Of a DNA stretch of 43,587 nt, positions 8,635 to 17,006 are shown in pieces. Source of the DNA: Desulfobaccales bacterium. Its GTDB lineage: Bacteria; Desulfobacterota; Desulfobaccia; Desulfobaccales; 0-14-0-80-60-11. The notes under the pieces are model-generated. The model saw only the letters and a list, made by a program, of their open reading frames with translations, searched no databases and was not told the DNA's origin. The position numbers were made by a program, and so were the translations under genes. The stretch lies in the NCBI GenBank assembly GCA_030694005.1, contig JAUXZG010000224.1, positions 1-43,587 of the forward strand. The letters run 5' to 3'. Position 1 is the stretch's first letter; every line of letters begins with the position of its first letter.

Positions 8635-10536
8635 ATGCGACAAATTAGCACTGCCTTAAAACTGGATGAAAATCGGCTCGCTTCCCCGGCGGCCCTGGCG
8701 GCCTATCGGGAAAGCATCCTGGCCGAGAGGGATCCCAACCGGCCCATCATCATTGTCTGCCACGGCACCGGCTGTCTGGCGACCAATAGCCCGAAAGTCG
8801 CCGACACCCTGCGCCGGGCCATCGCCGCGGCCGGGCTCCAAGCTCAGGTGGTCCCGGAGATCAAGACTACCGGCTGTCACGGCTTTTGCTCCCGGGGCCC
8901 CTTGGTGATTTTCCACCCCACCGGCTTATTCTACCAAAGAGTTCAGCCGGAGGATGTCGAGGAAATCGTCCAGACAACCCTCCTGGAAGGGAAGCCGGTG
9001 GAGCGTCTGCTCTACGTAGATCCGAACACCGGGGAGCACATCGTGCACGATCACGATATCCCCTTTTACAAATATCAGCAGCGTCTGGTGCTGCGGAACA
9101 TTGGCAAGATCGACCCGGCTGACATCCGGGACACCATTGCTGCGGGCGGTTACCAGTCCCTGGCCAAGGTCCTGGCCGGCATGACCCCGGAGGAAGTCAT
9201 TGCTGTGGTGGAGACCTCGGGGTTGCGCGGCCGGGGCGGCGGCGGCTTCCTGGCCGGACGGAAATGGCGCCTGGCCGTGGAAAATGTTCGAAAGAGCCCC
9301 GGGCCGGTCTACGTAGTGGGCAATGGCGACGAAGGGGACCCCGGAGCCTTCATGGACCGGACTCTGATGGAGGGCGATCCCCATGCCGTCCTGGAGGGGA
9401 TGATCATCGGCGCCTATGCCCTGGGCGCCCAACAGGGCTACATTTACGTGCGACTCGAATACCCCCTGGCCGTCCGGCACCTCTCGGTAGCCATCGAGCA
9501 GGCCCGGGCCCTGGGACTCCTGGGTCAAAACATCCTGGGCACGGGCTTTGATTTCGATATCAAGATCAACCGGGGCGCGGGGGCCTTTGTCTGCGGCGAA
9601 GAGACCGCCCTGATCGCCTCGCTGGAAGGGCGGGTGGGGGAACCCAAAACCAGGCCGCCCTATCCGGCTGAAAAGGGACTCTGGAACCGGCCCACCATCA
9701 TTAACAACGTGGAGACCTGGGGAAACGTCCCCCAGATCATCGAAAAGGGGGCCGATTGGTTTGCCGGCATGGGGGTGCCCCACAGCACCGGCACCAAGAT
9801 CTTTTCCCTGGTGGGCAAGGTTAACAATGTGGGTTTGGTGGAAGTGCCCATGGGCATCACCCTGGGTCGCATCGTCGAAGAGATCGGCGGCGGGGTGCCG
9901 GGCCGAGACGAGTTCAAGGCCGTCCAGACCGGCGGTCCCTCTGGAGGTTGTATCCCCTGGGAACTCAAAGATACCCCCGTGGACTTTGACTCCTTGACCC
10001 GAGTTGGATCGATGATGGGGTCGGGGGGCATGATCGTCATGGATAAACGGGACTGCATGGTGGATGTGGCCAAGTATTTCCTGGAATTTCTCATGGATGA
10101 ATCCTGTGGCAAGTGCGTTCCCTGTCGGATGGGGCTCGAGCGGATGCATGCCATGTTGGGAGAGTTTACCATGGGCAAGGGGAGCCTGGAGGACCTGGAC
10201 GAGCTTCACTCTCTGGCCGAAGGGATAAAGGACGGCTCCCTTTGCGCCCTGGGGGGGACCGCTCCTAATCCGGTGCTTTCCACTATCCGTTACTTCCGGG
10301 ATGAATATGAAGCCCATATTCTCCACAAGACCTGTCCCGGCAAGGTTTGCCGGGAATTGATCACTTATGCCATCAACTCGGAACTCTGTAACGGCTGTAC
10401 CCTTTGCGCCCGAGAATGTCCGGCGGGGGCGATTACCGGGGTGAAAAAGAAACCTCACGAAATCAACAGCTCTCTGTGTATCAAATGTGGCGTCTGCTTC
10501 GAGGTCTGCAAACCCGAAGCGGTGGAAATCTTGTAA
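8635..10536 (+). CDS. NuoF/HydB/BamH-like FMN- and NAD(H)-binding subunit with extra Fe-S domains (633 aa)
   Basis: N-terminal thioredoxin-like CHGTGC...CHGFC, GLRGRGGGGF, DEGDPGAFMDR, GAFVCGEETAL, GGPSGG, ESCGKCVPCR, C-terminal 2x[4Fe-4S]. Confidence 0.95.
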   Translation: MRQISTALKLDENRLASPAALAAYRESILAERDPNRPIIIVCHGTGCLATNSPKVADTLRRAIAAAGLQAQVVPEIKTTGCHGFCSRGPLVIFHPTGLFYQRVQPEDVEEIVQTTLLEGKPVERLLYVDPNTGEHIVHDHDIPFYKYQQRLVLRNIGKIDPADIRDTIAAGGYQSLAKVLAGMTPEEVIAVVETSGLRGRGGGGFLAGRKWRLAVENVRKSPGPVYVVGNGDEGDPGAFMDRTLMEGDPHAVLEGMIIGAYALGAQQGYIYVRLEYPLAVRHLSVAIEQARALGLLGQNILGTGFDFDIKINRGAGAFVCGEETALIASLEGRVGEPKTRPPYPAEKGLWNRPTIINNVETWGNVPQIIEKGADWFAGMGVPHSTGTKIFSLVGKVNNVGLVEVPMGITLGRIVEEIGGGVPGRDEFKAVQTGGPSGGCIPWELKDTPVDFDSLTRVGSMMGSGGMIVMDKRDCMVDVAKYFLEFLMDESCGKCVPCRMGLERMHAMLGEFTMGKGSLEDLDELHSLAEGIKDGSLCALGGTAPNPVLSTIRYFRDEYEAHILHKTCPGKVCRELITYAINSELCNGCTLCARECPAGAITGVKKKPHEINSSLCIKCGVCFEVCKPEAVEIL

Positions 10537-10550
10537 GGGGAGGGCGGGGC

Positions 10551-11123
10551 ATGATCAGCTTCACTATTAACGACCGGGAAGTAACAGGCCAAGAAGGCTG
10601 GACCATCCTGGAGGTGGCCAAGTGGCACGGCATCGACATCCCCACCCTCTGCTACCATGGCGCCGTGGAACCGTATGGCGCCTGCCGGCTCTGCGTGGTA
10701 GAGGTGGATGATGGGCAGCAGCGGCGGTTGGTAGCCTCCTGTCTCCATCCCGTTCAAGAAGGGCTCAAGGTGCAGACCGACAGCGAGCGGGTGAAAAACG
10801 TGCGCCGCTGGATTTTGCAAATGATGGTGGATGAACATCCCGGCTCCCAGAGAATCAAGGAGCTGGCCAAGTCCTATGGCGTGAAGGAATCCAGGTTTAA
10901 GAGTGATCGCGTTGAAGATTTGTGTATTTTATGCGGTCTCTGCGTCCGGGCCTGCGATGAGGTGGTGGGCGCGCGGGCCATCTCCCTCGGCAACCGGGGA
11001 GTGCGCAAAGAGGTGGCCACCACCCATCGTCTTCCCAGCCCGGAATGTGTTGCCTGTGGGACCTGCCTCTATGTCTGTCCCACGGGCGCGATGGAACAAT
11101 TATTCGACCGGATCAGGGGTTGA
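10551..11123 (+). CDS. Short NuoG/HydA-N-terminus/BamI-like Fe-S protein with no catalytic domain (190 aa)
   Basis: IPTLCYH...GACRLCVVE...ASC [2Fe-2S]; CILCGLCVRAC and CVACGTCLYVCP [4Fe-4S]; then stop. Start ATG 10551 after GGGAGG. Confidence 0.9.
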   Translation: MISFTINDREVTGQEGWTILEVAKWHGIDIPTLCYHGAVEPYGACRLCVVEVDDGQQRRLVASCLHPVQEGLKVQTDSERVKNVRRWILQMMVDEHPGSQRIKELAKSYGVKESRFKSDRVEDLCILCGLCVRACDEVVGARAISLGNRGVRKEVATTHRLPSPECVACGTCLYVCPTGAMEQLFDRIRG

Positions 11124-11168
11124 CCCTGAAAAATCCTGGTCGCGGCAGGCGTGAATAAGGAGAAGGAC

Positions 11169-13595
11169 ATGAAGAACAACGAAGCCAAAATCGGCGTTTT
11201 CCTTTGCGAGTGCGGCGGAAAAATCAGCAGCCGCATAGACCTGCCGGCGGTGGGCGAATTGCTCAAGTATGAACCCTGGGCGCATCTGGAGATTTCCCCT
11301 TACCCTTGCCTGGCCCCCGGTCTGGAAGCCATGCAGGCGAAGGTGCAGGAAAAGGGGCTCAACCGGATCCTGGTGGGCGGCTGTTCTTCCCGAGTGATGA
11401 AAAAGAAGTTCGCCGCGGCCCTGGCGCCGGTGGGGATCCACGAGTACCAGGTGGAGATGGTTAACTTAAAGGACCACGTGGCTGCCGTCCACGAAGACTC
11501 TCCGCAAAAGCTGGCCCGCAAGGCCGCGGCCCTCCTGGCCGGGGGAATGGCCGGGCTTCGGCTCCTGGAGCCTTACGAACCCGTCTCGGTACCCTTTCAG
11601 GGGCCGGTCCTCATCATGGGCGGCGGCATCTCCGGTTTCGCGGCGGCCCGGGAACTGGCCCGCAAGGGGATGGAGAGCCGGCTCTTTTCCCCCGCCCGGG
11701 ATCCAGGCCAGGTCCTGGCACAACTCCCGCGAACTTTTCCCGGCAGCCAGCTTTTCTCTAAAGAACTGACAGAACTCCTCCGGGAAGTGTTCACCAGCCC
11801 CCTGGTCAAGGTTTTACCTGACCTGCCGGTGGAATATGTGGTGGGACACGTGGGCGATTATCGCCTGGGGTTGCGCCAATCCGACGGCACGGTGACCGAG
11901 GTGACCGGCTCGGCCTTGATCCTGGCCCTGGATCGGGAGTTCGTCCCCGGAGATTACGAATATATCGGGGGCGGCGAGCGGGTGTGCGATCTGCTGGAGA
12001 TGGAGGAACGCCTGGCCCAGGGCGAAATTGAGGCCGGCAAAGTGGTCTTCTGGGTGAACAGCCCGGAACACGGTAAAGCCGCCCAGCAGTTCAACGCAGT
12101 GGCCGCCTGGCGGAACAGCCTGGTGCTGGCCCGGAATCATCCCCGGGTAAAACCCACCGTGCTTTACCCGGCCAACATTACCCTGCCGCTCAGCGGCGCC
12201 GACCTGGCGGAGGCGCGGGGGTGCGGCATTGCCCTGCAGTCTTACGCCCCGGAGGTCCACCCCGTGGTCCAGTCCGGATACCTGACTTACTTCAGCCCTC
12301 AAGACCATCTGGAGCACGAACTGGAATGGGACAATCTGGTGGTCTCCATGGTGCCGGGAGAGCCGGCGGCCAAAACCCAGGAACTGCTCCGGTGGCTGCC
12401 CGTGTACTCGGAAAACGGGGGCCGGCTCAGAAAAACGCAACTGAAACTCAAGCCCGATCAGGTGGCCGATGAGACCATTTTTCTGACGGGATCAGCCGGC
12501 GAACTTAAGGACCTGAACGAAGTCTTGAGACAGGGCAAGAAGGCGGCCCAAGGGGTGTTGCACCTCCAGGAAAAGGCCAAGAGGGGCGCCCTGGTGAGCC
12601 CGGTGGTGGTCACCATCGACCAGGACCTCTGTGAAGGCTGCGGCCTCTGCACCGAAATCTGTCCCTGCGGTGGAGTGGAGCACGTCAAACCCGGCAGCGG
12701 CCCGGTGCCGCGCCACGCGGACAGCCACCTCTGCAGCGGCGGCGGCACCTGTGCGGCCACTTGCCCTTACGAAGCCGTCAAGATGCTCAATAATACCGCC
12801 CAGCAACTGGAGGCGCGCCTCAAGGCGGTGCTCTCCCGGATGCAGGAAAATGAGGCGCTGGGGTTCATTTGCAGTTGGGGCGGCCTGGGCGCCGCGGATC
12901 TGGCCGGAGTTAAGGGGCTTTCCTACCCCCGCGGGGTATATCTAATCCCGGTGAACTGCCTGGGTTCCATTGATCCCGCCATCTTTTCCATGGCCTTTGT
13001 GAACGGGGCGAACAGCATCCTCCTGGGCGGCTGTACGCCCACGGCCTCCTGCCACTATGTCTACGGGGTGGATCATTCCTGGGTTCGGGTCAATATCATG
13101 AAAAAGCTCCTCTCCCTGGCCGGTCTGGAGCGGAGACGGATCACCATGGGATATGTGGACGTCAACCAGCCGGAGGCCTTTGTGCGCATGGTGGAGTCCC
13201 ACCTGGACGGGATGCATAAATTGGCCCCCATTAACCGGGACGAAAAAACCAAGACCAAACTCTGGGCCATCCATGCTACGCTCCACCGTCCCCGGGTGCG
13301 CTGGGTTTTGGGGACGAGTTTGAGAAGGCCCACCGAGAAGGAGTTTCCCGGCGAGCAAGTCAACGCCGTAGATGCCGATGAGACCATGCTGGACGTGCTC
13401 CGGGAGGAGTTTCTGGCCTCCAGAATCCTCAAGGCCATCCATGACCAACCTCTCAACCCGCCACAAATTGCCCAAAGCATGGATGAGCCGGTGAAGACAA
13501 TTACCCCCATGTTGACTGATATGGCCAAGGAGGGTCGGGTTACCATTAAGAGCTGGGAAGGCGGCTATCCCCTCTATGCTACCGGTAAGCCGTGA
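11169..13595 (+). CDS. HdrA-like / 2x[4Fe-4S] ferredoxin / MvhD(FlpD)-like / C-terminal winged-helix fusion (808 aa)
   Basis: IGVFLCECG...GGCSSR...EMVNLKDH (HdrA N-terminus), GGGISG, CEGCGLCTEICP and CSGGGTCAATCP, FICSW...ADLAG...VNCLG...GGC....SCHY (MvhD), HTH-like tail; SD AAGGAG. Confidence 0.85.
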   Translation: MKNNEAKIGVFLCECGGKISSRIDLPAVGELLKYEPWAHLEISPYPCLAPGLEAMQAKVQEKGLNRILVGGCSSRVMKKKFAAALAPVGIHEYQVEMVNLKDHVAAVHEDSPQKLARKAAALLAGGMAGLRLLEPYEPVSVPFQGPVLIMGGGISGFAAARELARKGMESRLFSPARDPGQVLAQLPRTFPGSQLFSKELTELLREVFTSPLVKVLPDLPVEYVVGHVGDYRLGLRQSDGTVTEVTGSALILALDREFVPGDYEYIGGGERVCDLLEMEERLAQGEIEAGKVVFWVNSPEHGKAAQQFNAVAAWRNSLVLARNHPRVKPTVLYPANITLPLSGADLAEARGCGIALQSYAPEVHPVVQSGYLTYFSPQDHLEHELEWDNLVVSMVPGEPAAKTQELLRWLPVYSENGGRLRKTQLKLKPDQVADETIFLTGSAGELKDLNEVLRQGKKAAQGVLHLQEKAKRGALVSPVVVTIDQDLCEGCGLCTEICPCGGVEHVKPGSGPVPRHADSHLCSGGGTCAATCPYEAVKMLNNTAQQLEARLKAVLSRMQENEALGFICSWGGLGAADLAGVKGLSYPRGVYLIPVNCLGSIDPAIFSMAFVNGANSILLGGCTPTASCHYVYGVDHSWVRVNIMKKLLSLAGLERRRITMGYVDVNQPEAFVRMVESHLDGMHKLAPINRDEKTKTKLWAIHATLHRPRVRWVLGTSLRRPTEKEFPGEQVNAVDADETMLDVLREEFLASRILKAIHDQPLNPPQIAQSMDEPVKTITPMLTDMAKEGRVTIKSWEGGYPLYATGKP

Positions 13596-13623
13596 TGATG
13601 GCGAGCAATACCGCAATAAATAT

Positions 13624-16146
13624 TCAAATTAACGACAGCCTCTCGTCGTAAATGAATTCCCGGGTATGCCTGGCAACCCTTTCCGGTTCCAGGTGAATCC
13701 TGGCGGTGCCGGTCTCCATGCCGGCCCGGGCCACCGCCTCGGCGACGGCCGGCGGCACCCTAAAATCCATAGCGCCCGGCAGGATATAACCGGGGCTCAA
13801 TTTATCGCCTACCAAATCGGCGATAGCGTGGGCCGCCGCCATATTCATGGCATCATTGATGGCTCTCGCCCGGATGTCCAGGGCGCCGCGAAAGATGCCG
13901 GGAAAGGCCAGACAGTTGTTCACTTGATTGGGGAAATCCGATCGGCCCGTGGCCACCACCGCCGCTCCGGCCATTTTCGCCTCGTCGGGGTGGATTTCCG
14001 GGTCAGGATTGGCCAGGGCAAAGACAATGGGGTCCTTAGCCATGGATTTCACCATTTTCTGGGTCAGCACGTTGGGCCCGGAGAGCCCGATAAAGACTTC
14101 CGCCCCCCTCAAGGCGTCCGCCAGGCTGCCCTTTTGCTTTTCAGCGTTGGTGATTTGCGCCAACTCTTTCTTGATGAAATTCATCCCCTTAAGACGCCCC
14201 TGGTAAATAACCCCGGTGGTATCGCAGATAATGATGTTTTGGGCGCCGGCCAGGAGCAAAAGTTTGGTCACGGCGATGGCGGACGCGCCGGCGCCGCTGA
14301 AGACAATCCTTACCTCTGCCAGTTTACGGTCCACGATCTTCAAGGCATTCATCAAGGCGGCCATGGCGACCACCGCAGTGCCGTGCTGATCGTCATGAAA
14401 TACCGGAATATCCAGGCGTTCGCCTAATTTTCGCTCAATTTCAAAACAACGGGGCGACGAGATATCCTCCAGGTTAATCCCGCCGAAGGCCGGAGAGATG
14501 TTTTCCACCAGTTTAACCACCAAATCGGTTTCCTGGGTACTGATGCAGATGGGAAAGGCTTCGACGCCCCCGAAGGTTTTAAACAGGACGGCTTTCCCCT
14601 CCATGACCGGCAGTGCCGCCCGGGGGCCGATATTCCCCAGGCCCAAAACCGCGCTGCCGTCGGTAACTATGGCCACCAGGTTATTTTTGCAGGTATAGTC
14701 ATAGGCCCCCATGGGGTCCTTAAGAATTTTCTGACAAACCTCGGCCACCGCCTCCGGGGAATAGAGCCGTTTATAAATGACTTCATCCTTGATGGGCACC
14801 TTGGTGTAAACCTGCACACACCCCTGATAGCGGCGATGCAGTTCCAGGGCTTCCTCGTTAAGGCTCATTTTGCCGTAATCCTGGCCTTCCGAGGGCAGCC
14901 AGGCCAGTTCTCCCTCGTAAATATATCTTTCCGTCCGCTCTTGAACTCTTTCCGGAGACATTTCTGCGGGAGTCAGTTGCGCCGCGCCGGTTTCCTGAGC
15001 CGCCTGGGCTACCGCTCTGGCCACCACCGGGGAGATTCTCCAGTCCATTTGCCGGGGAATAATATTGCTGGGAGACAATTCTTCTTCCGGAATCATGTCC
15101 GCCACGGCCCGGGCCGCGGCCAGGAACATCTCGATGTTGACCCTTTCCGCCCCCACATCCAGGCATCCCCGGAAAAATCCCGGAGTTACTAGAGATGAGC
15201 GTATCTGGTTTTCGCTGTCCGCCTGGCCGGTGGCCACCACTTTGGCGCCTCCGGCTTTGGCTTCGGCTTCGCTGATTTCCGGCTCCGGCAGAGCCAGGGC
15301 AAAGACGATGGGGTCTTTGGCCATACTGGCGACCATTTCCCCATTGACCAATCCTCCTGCGGACAGGCCGATAAAAACATCCGCGCCTTTTATGACCTCA
15401 GCCAGGCTGCCTCTGACGTCCCGGGGTTTAACCAGACGGGCGATTTCCGATTTGGCCCAATTCATTCCTACCAAGCGGTAAACGCGCAGCGCCCCATGCC
15501 GGTCGCAAAGGACAATATCTTCGATGCCCGCCACCAGCAGTCCTTTGGCCACCCCAATGCCGGCGGCGCCGGCGCCGTTGATGACTATCTTCACTTCGGT
15601 CAAGCTTTTCCCCACCACCTTGAGGGCGTTATATAGGGCAGCCAGCACAATTATGCCCGCGGCATGGTTTTCATGGTGCAGCACCGACACCCTCACCGCT
15701 TTCCTGATCCTGTTCTCAATAGTGAAGCATTTGGGGGCGGCAATACTTTCCAGACAAAATCCTCCAAAGGAAGGGGCGAGGGAACGGACAATTTCTACTA
15801 TCTCATCGGCATCTTGAGTCAGCAGCGCAATGGGCACGGCATCCACGTTGGCAAAAGTTTTATAGATAACCGACTTGGCTTCCAACTTGGGCAGGGCTGC
15901 TAAAGCCCCGATATTGCCAAATTCATAAACGCGACTGCCATCCGTGATCAGGGCAATGGAATTGCCCCGGCAGGTGTAGCGGTAGGAGGCGATGGGGTGC
16001 TTTTCGATCTCCCGGCAGACGGCCCCCACTCCGGGCGTGTAGATCCGACTCAACACGGACACATCCCTGATGGGCATCTTGCTTTTGATGCCAATTAAGC
16101 CGCGATAACGCCGCCGATAAGCTAAGGCGTCTGATTCGGTAACCAT
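13624..16146 (-). CDS. Tandem (two-domain) malic enzyme with degenerate N-terminal copy (840 aa)
   Basis: Two ~420-aa malic-enzyme repeats in one frame. C-terminal copy has VMEGKAVLFK, NLEDI, HDDQHGTA, GAGASA, NQVNN. Start ATG 16146 after GAGGT. Confidence 0.92.
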   Translation of the reverse strand: MVTESDALAYRRRYRGLIGIKSKMPIRDVSVLSRIYTPGVGAVCREIEKHPIASYRYTCRGNSIALITDGSRVYEFGNIGALAALPKLEAKSVIYKTFANVDAVPIALLTQDADEIVEIVRSLAPSFGGFCLESIAAPKCFTIENRIRKAVRVSVLHHENHAAGIIVLAALYNALKVVGKSLTEVKIVINGAGAAGIGVAKGLLVAGIEDIVLCDRHGALRVYRLVGMNWAKSEIARLVKPRDVRGSLAEVIKGADVFIGLSAGGLVNGEMVASMAKDPIVFALALPEPEISEAEAKAGGAKVVATGQADSENQIRSSLVTPGFFRGCLDVGAERVNIEMFLAAARAVADMIPEEELSPSNIIPRQMDWRISPVVARAVAQAAQETGAAQLTPAEMSPERVQERTERYIYEGELAWLPSEGQDYGKMSLNEEALELHRRYQGCVQVYTKVPIKDEVIYKRLYSPEAVAEVCQKILKDPMGAYDYTCKNNLVAIVTDGSAVLGLGNIGPRAALPVMEGKAVLFKTFGGVEAFPICISTQETDLVVKLVENISPAFGGINLEDISSPRCFEIERKLGERLDIPVFHDDQHGTAVVAMAALMNALKIVDRKLAEVRIVFSGAGASAIAVTKLLLLAGAQNIIICDTTGVIYQGRLKGMNFIKKELAQITNAEKQKGSLADALRGAEVFIGLSGPNVLTQKMVKSMAKDPIVFALANPDPEIHPDEAKMAGAAVVATGRSDFPNQVNNCLAFPGIFRGALDIRARAINDAMNMAAAHAIADLVGDKLSPGYILPGAMDFRVPPAVAEAVARAGMETGTARIHLEPERVARHTREFIYDERLSLI

Positions 16147-16315
16147 TTCTGCTATACCTCGAAAGGCTAAAGGTAGCTTATTTGTCTCCTGACTTGGCCC
16201 CGGGTCCAGGAAAATGATGGTCGCGTCGGAAAACCGGCCCGGACCCTGCTGGTTGAGGCGACCGTGGTCCTTACCCCACCTTACGCGGGTACCATTGACC
16301 ATCCCGTGACATTTT

Positions 16316-16342
16316 AAGGGTTCATGTAGGGCTTGAACCCTT
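16316..16342. promoter_or_regulatory. Perfect 9-bp inverted repeat (terminator, attenuator or operator)
   Basis: AAGGGTTCA-N9-TGAACCCTT flanked by T runs. Confidence 0.35.
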
Positions 16343-16658
16343 TTGGATTAAGATATTAACCCTTTACTTTCTGGAATACAATCCTTCAGCTTCCGTCTCC
16401 AGGCATAACAGCCGAAATAAAGACGCCGTAAGGTTAAATTATGTTAATAGCCTGATGAACTTAAGTCTGGCCTGCAGAGCAGACTTCCCTCTTGACTCGG
16501 ACCTTCACCTGGGGGCATGTTTTTGTTTCTTCTATTTAGGCAGGTCTCCTTTTGGGCCCCCTCCCGAGCTTTGATAACCAAAATGAATATCAATTTCAAA
16601 ATATTATACTACTTGACCCCGCCGCCGGTGGCCTGATTCTCTTTCGTAGACGCCAATA

Positions 16659-16674
16659 AGCAAGGCGTCGGCCA
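16659..16674 (-). promoter_or_regulatory. Candidate sigma54 promoter facing the malic enzyme gene
   Basis: Minus strand TGGCCGACGCCTTGCT, GG-N10-GC; about 500 bp from the start codon. Confidence 0.45.
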
Positions 16675-17006
16675 ATTCTGCTTGGCAAAATATTCAGCCT
16701 CATGAATCAGCGAGGTGAGCCTCTAATCCATGACCCGAGGAAAACCATGGGGATAAAACCCAGCGGCCTAGTTCTTGCTTAAATCATTAAAAATCTATAT
16801 AAGTTAACCTTAATGAAAATTAGATTTAGGCTCTTTAAGCGGGGATGGCAGATGGGGGGATCCCCACAAAATGATTGAGCCACCTACACGGTTCAGATAC
16901 ACTGTCAAGGCAATGGCTACCTTTCCCCTGGGGCGGCAGCTATCAGCGTGATGGCTTGCTTTTAGATGAGAATCCCTTAAGTAAAAGAATTGGCTAACGA
17001 GAGACT

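Noticed and set aside
8926-10458. 510-aa antisense ORF (and similar ones such as 13666-14427, 6320-6964, 12942-13616)
   Set aside because: Shadow frames opposite well-supported genes in GC-rich DNA, with no recognisable motifs
8146-11123. Respiratory complex I nuoEFG or an [FeFe]-hydrogenase
   Set aside because: No membrane nuo genes nearby; the third subunit is only 190 aa with no H-cluster or molybdopterin domain
13593-13623. Selenocysteine read-through at the TGA ending the HdrA-MvhD gene
   Set aside because: Two consecutive TGA codons, a convergent gene 28 bp away and no SECIS-like hairpin seen
16764-16803. Promoter for wbpA (sigma54-like CGGCCTAGTTCTTGCT overlapping sigma70-like TTGCTT-17-TATAAG)
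   Set aside because: Two imperfect overlapping candidates; cannot choose between them from sequence alone
16871-16951. 26-codon ORF upstream of wbpA
   Set aside because: No convincing SD spacing or recognisable motif
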